Below are positions 18,432-25,162 of a stretch of 64,000 nt of DNA, piece by piece (position 1 is the stretch's first letter; the number at the start of each line of letters is the position of its first letter). The DNA is from an uncultured Lentisphaerales bacterium (GTDB lineage Bacteria; Verrucomicrobiota; Kiritimatiellia; RFP12; JAAYLN01), in NCBI GenBank assembly GCA_964599645.1, contig CAZRGQ010000001.1:11135-75134 (forward strand). Direction: 5' to 3'. Under the pieces are notes generated by a model. The model saw only the letters and a list, made by a program, of their open reading frames with translations. It was not told the origin of the DNA and made no database searches. A program made the translations under genes and the position numbers.

Positions 18432-19739
18432 ATGTTAGCCGTGAAGAGAGACAACAACGGCAGAAATGGCGCCACACTGGTGGTTGTAATCGGCATTATG
18501 CTGATCGGCGCACTCATCACGGCTTCGGTGATGGCGCGAGTTAACAGTCGGGTAAATCTGGCTTTCAGGCAGGTCCATCTCGAGGAGGCTTTTCATGTCG
18601 CCGAAGGCGGCGCTGAGCGCGCTGCCGCCACCATCACGGTGCTCGGCTATGGCAACGTGGGGACACGGACAATAAATGGCTCGTTGGGGCGTGGCCACTA
18701 CACTACCAAGATATCGAGTCAGTCACTCAGCGGCGGTTATCAGGTCGATATCATCTCAACCGGCACGGTCAACGGCGTCAGCCGCGTAGTCAAGATGTCG
18801 GGTGTGCAGCGCGTCAGTTGGGCCCGTTATGCCCTCTGGTACAACAAGCAGTCAGCGAAACTCTACATGATACCGGGCGAGAAATTCCATGGTCTCTTCT
18901 ACTCCAAGCCGCTGCTGCGCTTCAGCAACAAACTGCTCGCTGAAAATGGCCAGGTGCGCTTCTATGACCGTGCCTGGACGGGGCAGTCGACGATCCATAA
19001 AGAGTCGGGTGCTGATCCTGTTTTTGACCGTGGGCTGATTTATAGCTACCACTCCACCACAGAGGAGGATATGTTGCGGGATGTCGATTTCGCCACACTC
19101 AAGGCGCAGGCCAATAGTGATATGATCTTCAAGGGACCCACCACCATTGTGCTTAACGGCAAAAAAATGACGGTTACCAACACCGAAAAAGGGTATACCA
19201 ATAAACAGTTGGATATACCGAGTGACGGGCTGATCTATATTCAAAGCTACAACTCCAACTATACCACTTTTAATGGCGATTTGACGGTCAGCGCTCCCGA
19301 CGGCTTGAACGAGCGGGTTACATTGGTGGCTGAGAACGACATCCTGATTCCAGACCATATAAAATATAAAAATGATCCAAGCAAACCCGCCACAGCCAAC
19401 TCTACCGATGCTCTCGGTCTGATCGCCAAAAAGCATGTCAGAGTTACCAATGACTCGCCGAAAAATCTCTATATCTTTGCCCATATCATCTGCCAGAAGG
19501 GCGGCTTCGGGGTTGATAGCTATCAAACCGTCTCCGACAAGGGAACTTTGACGGTCTATGGCGGCATCGTCAATGATACGCGTAACGGAGTTGGTCAAGT
19601 CAGCACCGATAGCCGTGGCAGAGTAACACGCAACGGGTATGCCAAAGACTATATCTTTGACAAGCGCTTTAACAATACCCCGCCACCCTTCTATCCCGAG
19701 ATACCGGATCAACTGGAGTGGAGCCGTTGGGAGGGCTGA
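18432..19739 (+). CDS. PilX-N-like pilus assembly / minor pilin-associated protein (N-terminal hydrophobic helix, large extracellular domain)
   Basis: Start MLAVKRDNNGRNGATLVVVIGIMLIGALITASVMA resembles the PilX N-terminal domain. The track ORF begins earlier (18354), but ATG 18432 follows the upstream stop (18424). Confidence 0.5.
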   Translation: MLAVKRDNNGRNGATLVVVIGIMLIGALITASVMARVNSRVNLAFRQVHLEEAFHVAEGGAERAAATITVLGYGNVGTRTINGSLGRGHYTTKISSQSLSGGYQVDIISTGTVNGVSRVVKMSGVQRVSWARYALWYNKQSAKLYMIPGEKFHGLFYSKPLLRFSNKLLAENGQVRFYDRAWTGQSTIHKESGADPVFDRGLIYSYHSTTEEDMLRDVDFATLKAQANSDMIFKGPTTIVLNGKKMTVTNTEKGYTNKQLDIPSDGLIYIQSYNSNYTTFNGDLTVSAPDGLNERVTLVAENDILIPDHIKYKNDPSKPATANSTDALGLIAKKHVRVTNDSPKNLYIFAHIICQKGGFGVDSYQTVSDKGTLTVYGGIVNDTRNGVGQVSTDSRGRVTRNGYAKDYIFDKRFNNTPPPFYPEIPDQLEWSRWEG

Positions 19740-19744
19740 AGCGT

Positions 19745-20119
19745 ATGTCGTTTGAGTCACATCTGGTACGTCTCGTGCCTCTCACAGCTCTCCTCTTGCT
19801 GCTGGCCGGCTGCAGCGATGCCGGGCGTAAGCCCGGGGCACGAGCCACCTTTCCCAAACTCGATGAGGCGCCACCACCCGCCATGCCACGGCTGACGGCC
19901 CGGATGGCAGCAGAGACGGCCGCAACCGAAGTTGCGCCTCGCAGGGAGGTGGTCGCCAGCGATAGTTGGCTGACGCGTCAAGAGCAGAACGCGTCGCAGG
20001 TCAAGGCGGCCAGAGAGTATGCCGCCCGCATGGGAACCAACGATCCCTTCGCCATGAGTGAGGTCGAGCTGGCGGAGCTGGCCGAGTTTCTCAAGGATGG
20101 GACCGTCGAGGCTTATTAG
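19745..20119 (+). CDS. small lipoprotein, last gene of the pseudopilin operon
   Basis: MSFESHLVRLVPLTALLLLLAGCSD is a lipoprotein signal with LAGC lipobox. Convergent with, and 3-nt overlapping, the pglE-like gene stop. Confidence 0.55.
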   Translation: MSFESHLVRLVPLTALLLLLAGCSDAGRKPGARATFPKLDEAPPPAMPRLTARMAAETAATEVAPRREVVASDSWLTRQEQNASQVKAAREYAARMGTNDPFAMSEVELAELAEFLKDGTVEAY

Positions 20120-21255
20120 CCTGCCATGCAGTTGTGGCAGATGGCGACGATCCGGGCCAGCTCAGCCTCGCTCAGTCCCGCCCCTGAGGGGAGGCAGAGT
20201 CCCTGCCGGAAGAGCCGCTCTGCGACACTGCCGCCATAACATTTGACGCCGGCAAAGACCGGCTGCAGGTGCATCGGTTGCCAGACGGGGCGCGACTCGA
20301 TCGCCGCTTGCGCCAGCGCCAAACGGAGCTGCTCCGGGGTTACGCGGCTCTTGGTGGCGTCGATCACCATCACGGAGAGCCAGTGGTTGGGCTGGCTGTA
20401 GTCGGCCTGCGGCATCCAGGAGATAGCCTCGTTATCGGCAAAGGCGCTGCGGTAGTAGTCGGCAATCCGCTGCTTGCGGCGTAGAATCTCCGGCAGATGG
20501 GCGAGCTGTCCCACGCCGATGGCAGCCGAGATGTTGCTGAGGCGGTAGTTGAAGCCGAGCTCGCGGTGCTCATACCAGGGGGTGGCCTCACGCGCCTGTT
20601 GCGAACGCCAGGCAGCACGCGCTACCAGTTCGCTGTCGTGTGAAGCGAGCAGGCCGCCGCCGGAGGTGGTGATGATCTTGTTGCCGTTGAAGGAGTAGAC
20701 GGCCGCCAGGCCGGCAGCGCCGGCCATACGCCCTTTGTAGCGTGAACCGACCGCCTCGGCGGCGTCGATAATCAAGGGTACACCGTACTCTTGGCAGAGC
20801 TCTTCCAGCCGGTCGTAATCGCAGCACTCGCCATAGAGGTCGACGGCCACCACCGCCTTGGGCAATTTGTTGCTACGTGCCGCATCGCGCAGCGCCTCGG
20901 CCAGCAGCGCGGGATCGAGGCTCCAGTTGCTGCTGCCGGAGTCGATAAAAACCGGCTCGGCGCCGCGATGCACAGCCGGTGCAATCGAGGCGATAAAGGT
21001 GAGGTCGGAGCAGAAGACACGGTCGCCGCGCCCGAGATTCAACTCGTGAAAGAGGAGGTCGAGCGCCGCCGTGCCGCTGCTGAGGGCGGCCACGTGCGGG
21101 ATGCCGCAGAGCTCGCTGCAGCGCTGCTCAAAGAGGGTGACCATCGGCCCGGTCGGTGCGATGTAGTTGGAGGCCAGAGCGGCGGCGATCTGCCCGGCTT
21201 CATCACCACCCAGCCACGGCGGTGAGAGAAATATCCTGGGGGGGGGAGTCTGCAT
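20116..21255 (-). CDS. DegT/DnrJ/EryC1/StrS-family PLP-dependent sugar aminotransferase (PglE-like, UDP-4-keto-6-deoxy-GlcNAc aminotransferase type)
   Basis: Start MQTPPPRIFLSPPWLGGDE...NYIAPTGPMVTLFEQ closely parallels the Campylobacter PglE N-terminus MRFFLSPPHMGGNE...NYIAPLG...FEQ, and the DegT fold runs throughout. The upstream track ORF extension is GC noise. Confidence 0.75.
   Translation of the reverse strand: MQTPPPRIFLSPPWLGGDEAGQIAAALASNYIAPTGPMVTLFEQRCSELCGIPHVAALSSGTAALDLLFHELNLGRGDRVFCSDLTFIASIAPAVHRGAEPVFIDSGSSNWSLDPALLAEALRDAARSNKLPKAVVAVDLYGECCDYDRLEELCQEYGVPLIIDAAEAVGSRYKGRMAGAAGLAAVYSFNGNKIITTSGGGLLASHDSELVARAAWRSQQAREATPWYEHRELGFNYRLSNISAAIGVGQLAHLPEILRRKQRIADYYRSAFADNEAISWMPQADYSQPNHWLSVMVIDATKSRVTPEQLRLALAQAAIESRPVWQPMHLQPVFAGVKCYGGSVAERLFRQGLCLPSGAGLSEAELARIVAICHNCMAG
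21238..21246. repeat. homopolymeric C9 tract (G9 on the + strand) encoding PPP at codons 4-6 of the pglE-like gene; candidate phase-variation tract
   Basis: Nine consecutive G at 21238-21246, confirmed by the protein reading T-P-P-P-R. Confidence 0.85.
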
Positions 21256-21860
21256 CAGCGTAACCTCACCAGTCGCTCGCTGTCGGCCAGGTCGCGCAGC
21301 GCCACAGCGCCGGCACCCAGCGTGGCCCAGGCACCGATCACGACTCCCGGTATGGTGACGGCATTGGAGCCGAGGAGCGCGCCGCTCCCGACGCGGCACC
21401 CGCCCGAGAGACGTACGCCGGGGCAGAGTTGGGCGCCATCGGCCACCCTGCAGTCGTGGCCGACGCTGGTGTGGTGGTTGACGATAACATGCTCAGCCAG
21501 CTCTGTACGGCAGGAGATCACGACGCCGGCTGCCACCAGTGTGCCGGCGCCGAGCACGACATCGGGGGCGATGATGGCGCTGGGATCGATGATCGATACC
21601 GCACGCCAGCCGAGAGCAGTGGCGCGCGCAGCCACTGCGAGGCGTCTGCGGTTGTCGCCGATCGCAACGTGAAAGGCAACCGCCGGCGGCAGAGTGGCGG
21701 CCGCAGCCTCAGGCTTGCCGAGGAGTCGCCTGCCTGCCAGAGTGCCGCTCGCCTTGTCGGGTGCGTCGTCACAGAGGCCCACGACCTCCATGCCGGCCCG
21801 CCCGGCCAGCCAGGCCACCTCGACACCCAAACCACCTGCACCGATAATTATCACCTGCAT
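21255..21860 (-). CDS. hexapeptide-repeat sugar N-acetyltransferase, NeuD/PglD family
   Basis: N-terminal Rossmann-like MQVIIIGAGGLGVEVA followed by a left-handed beta-helix repeat region (VIVNHHTSVGHDCRVADGAQLCPGVRLSGGCRVGSGALLGSNAVTIPGVVIG). ATGA overlap with pglE-like. Confidence 0.7.
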   Translation of the reverse strand: MQVIIIGAGGLGVEVAWLAGRAGMEVVGLCDDAPDKASGTLAGRRLLGKPEAAAATLPPAVAFHVAIGDNRRRLAVAARATALGWRAVSIIDPSAIIAPDVVLGAGTLVAAGVVISCRTELAEHVIVNHHTSVGHDCRVADGAQLCPGVRLSGGCRVGSGALLGSNAVTIPGVVIGAWATLGAGAVALRDLADSERLVRLR

Positions 21861-21864
21861 CGTC

Positions 21865-22431
21865 TCACCCCGTAAACTCTTCCATGGTGGCCGCTGTGGC
21901 CGCCGCAATCCCCTCACGCCGTACTACCTTGATGACCGTCAGCCATAAAATCTTCAGATCGAGCCGGAACGAGCGGTGCGTCACATACCAGACATCGAGC
22001 GCCAGCCGTTCCGGCCATGTCAGCAAGTTGCGCCCCTTTACCTGCGCCCAGCCGGTAATGCCGGGGCGCACCTCATGGCGGCGGCGCTGCTCGCTGGAGT
22101 AGCGTGGCAGATAACGCACCGGCAGGGGGCGCGGACCGACCAGCGACATCTCGCCGCGCAAGACGTTGAGCAACTGCGGCAGCTCATCCAGACTGCTGCT
22201 GCGCAGCCAGCCTCCGAAGCGGGTCAGGCGTTCACTGTCGCTGCCTTCTCCAAGGCGCATGGTACGGAATTTGAGCAGCATAAAGGTGGCGTCGCGCCAG
22301 CCGATACGCTCTTGGCGAAAGAGCACCGGGCGTCCCTCCACGCCCCAAACCAGCAGCGCCAGTAGCGCCAACAACGGCAGCCAGAGCGGCAGGGTCACGA
22401 CTACCAGCAGCAGATCGAAGAGGCGCTTCAC
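21865..22431 (-). CDS. small monotopic phosphoglycosyl transferase (bacterial sugar transferase, PglC/WbaP-C-terminal type)
   Basis: MKRLFDLLLVVVTLPLWLPLLALLALLVWGVEGRPVLFRQERIG...FRTMR...SLDELPQLLNVLRGEMSLVGPRPLP, the signature of initiating PGTs. Confidence 0.8.
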   Translation of the reverse strand: MKRLFDLLLVVVTLPLWLPLLALLALLVWGVEGRPVLFRQERIGWRDATFMLLKFRTMRLGEGSDSERLTRFGGWLRSSSLDELPQLLNVLRGEMSLVGPRPLPVRYLPRYSSEQRRRHEVRPGITGWAQVKGRNLLTWPERLALDVWYVTHRSFRLDLKILWLTVIKVVRREGIAAATAATMEEFTG

Positions 22432-24035
22432 CGCACGATCCTCCGGTAGAGTACGCCTTCGCGTTGCCAGGAGTCGACCTGCTCCAGCAGCCAGGCGGGG
22501 GTGTAACTCTCCCCCGGCGAGACGACGTAGATGGCCGCCCCGCCTTGCAACGCCTGCTGCAGCGCGCTGCGTTCTGCCGCCTCATTCCAAGGGGTGACAA
22601 GATGCCACTCTCTGTCATAGGGCAGGAGACCGGCGGCGCCGGCCGCCAGCAGAGCGCCAGCCGCCGTGGCATCAGCCACCAGCCACTCTCCGTGCTCCAT
22701 CTGGTCGACGACCGCAGTGATGAAGCGGGCTGCCGACTGCTCATGCTGCTGCCACGGTTGCGCCCAGTAGGCGACTTCGTTGCGTCCCGGCAGGGCACGG
22801 GCACGTGTCAGGTCGATACCGGTCCGGGCAATGGCCGCTGGCATCAGGAGCGGTATGCCAAGCTGTGTCAGCAGCGCGAGGCTGAGGAGGAGTGCGCCAC
22901 GCTGCAGGGCGCGGCGGCCGCTGCCGAGCCAGGCGGGGAGCCCCAGACCGGCCCAGAGCGCCAGCAGGCCAAGCGTCGGCAGGATAAAGGTGGCCTGATC
23001 AGGCACAAAGTAGCGTAGCCAGAAGAGTGCATGCAGCAGGGTGGCTGCCAGCAGCAGGCGGGTGGCGGCGTCAGTGCGATAACGACGCAGCCCGAGCGCG
23101 GCCATGAACGGCAGCGGGTTCAGCAGACTGAGTGCGGCCAGGCCCCAGTTGAAACCGACCTGACGCCAGTTTCGCGGCCAGAGGCCGACCACATAGCTCT
23201 GATAGCGATCACCGAAGAGGAGCCCTTGCAGCGTCTTGAGCAGCGCGCCGGAGGCGTGCCACTCCTGCAGCGCCAGCAGCAGCAGCGGAGCCGCTGCCAC
23301 CAGCCAGACACCTGCCAGCAGCCAGGGCAGAGAGCGGTGTCTGCTCAGGGCGGCCGTGGCGGGTACGGCATCACGCCGGCGCCTGACCTGATCTATTACA
23401 GCGAGCGCCAGATAGAGCGCCAGGTTGAGCAGCGCCAGATTGTGGATGGCGAAGTGGAGTCCGTTGAGCGCCGCCAGCGCCACCAGCCAGCGCCGGCTGC
23501 TCTCCCGTGGCGTCACTGTCGTGGTTGTCGCGGCTGCCACCGCTCTGGCCGCAGTGCGGCTCTGGTAGTAGCGCCAGAGGAGATAGAGCTCACCCAGCAT
23601 GGCCGCCAACGACCAGGTATAGACCTCGGCCATAGTTGCGAGCCACCAGCACATCTGGGTACCGCCCAGCAGCACCATCGCCAGCAGGGCGCTGCCAAGG
23701 TGACCCGTGACAGCCAGCAGCAGCCGTCCCAGCAAGGCCAACGCCACCACCATGCCGAGGCCACTGAAGAGGTTGATGGCATAGAGGCGCAAGCCGAAGG
23801 GCCAGAGGGCGGCGAAGTTGCGGGCCGCTGCAATGTAGAGCGGGTGGGCACGAGCCAGTCCGCCATGCCAGATGTAGTCACCGATCAACACCCGATATTG
23901 GAATTCGCCGCTATCCTGCCAGGCCACCCCACGCTGGGCGGTGGCGGCGTAGAGCAGCAGAAAGAGGGCCACCGGCAGCCAGAAGAGCAGCCGTTGCCAT
24001 CCGTCAAGCTGCTGTCTCTGCTGTGCACTACTCAT
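22428..24035 (-). CDS. DUF2723-family polytopic membrane protein (GT-C-fold, TMEM260/protein O-mannosyltransferase-like)
   Basis: WQDSGEFQYRVL...GLARAHPLY resembles the DUF2723 signature (W-x-DSGE ... HPPGYPLY). At least 10 predicted TM helices and a C-terminal soluble domain. Start MSSAQQ at 24035 gives ATGA overlap with the holA stop. Confidence 0.55.
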   Translation of the reverse strand: MSSAQQRQQLDGWQRLLFWLPVALFLLLYAATAQRGVAWQDSGEFQYRVLIGDYIWHGGLARAHPLYIAAARNFAALWPFGLRLYAINLFSGLGMVVALALLGRLLLAVTGHLGSALLAMVLLGGTQMCWWLATMAEVYTWSLAAMLGELYLLWRYYQSRTAARAVAAATTTTVTPRESSRRWLVALAALNGLHFAIHNLALLNLALYLALAVIDQVRRRRDAVPATAALSRHRSLPWLLAGVWLVAAAPLLLLALQEWHASGALLKTLQGLLFGDRYQSYVVGLWPRNWRQVGFNWGLAALSLLNPLPFMAALGLRRYRTDAATRLLLAATLLHALFWLRYFVPDQATFILPTLGLLALWAGLGLPAWLGSGRRALQRGALLLSLALLTQLGIPLLMPAAIARTGIDLTRARALPGRNEVAYWAQPWQQHEQSAARFITAVVDQMEHGEWLVADATAAGALLAAGAAGLLPYDREWHLVTPWNEAAERSALQQALQGGAAIYVVSPGESYTPAWLLEQVDSWQREGVLYRRIVR

Positions 24036-25162
24036 CTGGTTGCGGCACCCTGGCGTGGCGGTTGACGTCCGATAGCCCGCAGGAGGTAGGTTTCGGTAAG
24101 CCACTCCTGCGGCAGCGAGGAGGAGACGAGCTTCTCGCGCAACTCGATAATCAGGTGGCGCGCCACACGCAGTTCACGCAGCCGCCAGGTGGCCGCCTGG
24201 GTCACCAGTTTGCCGAGACGGAAGGCGGGCCAGCGCCGCATATCCTTCTCCTGGCCATCGAACCACGCTGTAATCTCCGGCGGCATGGTGCCCCAACGCA
24301 GGCCGCCATAGCCTTCAGAGGTGGCCCATTTGCGGTCGAGCAGTTCACGCACCGTCAGGAGTTCGCTGACGCGTGTATCGAGCGAGGTGGCGAGGCGGAT
24401 GGGGCTTTCTGCTTGCGACAACTGCACTCGCAGCTCTTTGATGAAGTCGGCGCTGCGCCGCAGCGCAAAGGAGTCGAGCAGGTCCCACACCTCGGCGGTG
24501 GCGCCGCTGGCGACGATATCGGTAATATCCTTAACCGTTACCTTGGTGCGTTCACCGCAGTAGCAACGCAGTTTCTCCAGCTCGCTGACGATGGTGCGGG
24601 TGTCGTAGCCGGTGCGGTCGAGGAGGGCCTGGAGTACGCTGGAGTCGAGCTGGAGGCCGGTCTGCGGCAGCCAGCCTTCGATAAAGGTCTTGGCACGAGC
24701 CTCATGCTGTCGCGGTTTCAGATTGTTGCCGAAATCTTTGATCTCGCAGTGAGGCGCATTGAAGGCCTTAAAGAGGGCGGTGGCGCGGTTGATTTTGAAG
24801 GTGGTCAGAATCAGGCGCTGTCCCTCGGGGAGTCCCTGCTTGATCAGGTTGGTCAGGTCGGCCACGAGGCTGGTAGTGGTGGCGCTGCGGCTGATGCGGT
24901 CGATCGAGAGGAAGGAGGGCTCACGGAGCCAGACCAGCTTGTTGCCGCCGCCGAAGAGGCCGTCGGTCGTCAGGGCCTCACAGCAGGCGCGGATGGCACG
25001 GCTGCTCTCATCGACTGTTTCAACTCGTGCATCGACCGTTTCCAGCCCGAAATCACGCTCGGCGGGCGGCACGAAGGCATCGATCAAGCGGCGCGCCTCC
25101 AACAACACCTGGAAGTCGTCGTCGCCACAGATCAGATAGCACGATTTGGCGGGAGTAGTCAT
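24032..25162 (-). CDS. holA: DNA polymerase III delta subunit
   Basis: N-terminus ...YLICGDDDFQVLLEARRLIDAF..., length and overall pattern are typical of HolA. Confidence 0.65.
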   Translation of the reverse strand: MTTPAKSCYLICGDDDFQVLLEARRLIDAFVPPAERDFGLETVDARVETVDESSRAIRACCEALTTDGLFGGGNKLVWLREPSFLSIDRISRSATTTSLVADLTNLIKQGLPEGQRLILTTFKINRATALFKAFNAPHCEIKDFGNNLKPRQHEARAKTFIEGWLPQTGLQLDSSVLQALLDRTGYDTRTIVSELEKLRCYCGERTKVTVKDITDIVASGATAEVWDLLDSFALRRSADFIKELRVQLSQAESPIRLATSLDTRVSELLTVRELLDRKWATSEGYGGLRWGTMPPEITAWFDGQEKDMRRWPAFRLGKLVTQAATWRLRELRVARHLIIELREKLVSSSLPQEWLTETYLLRAIGRQPPRQGAATR

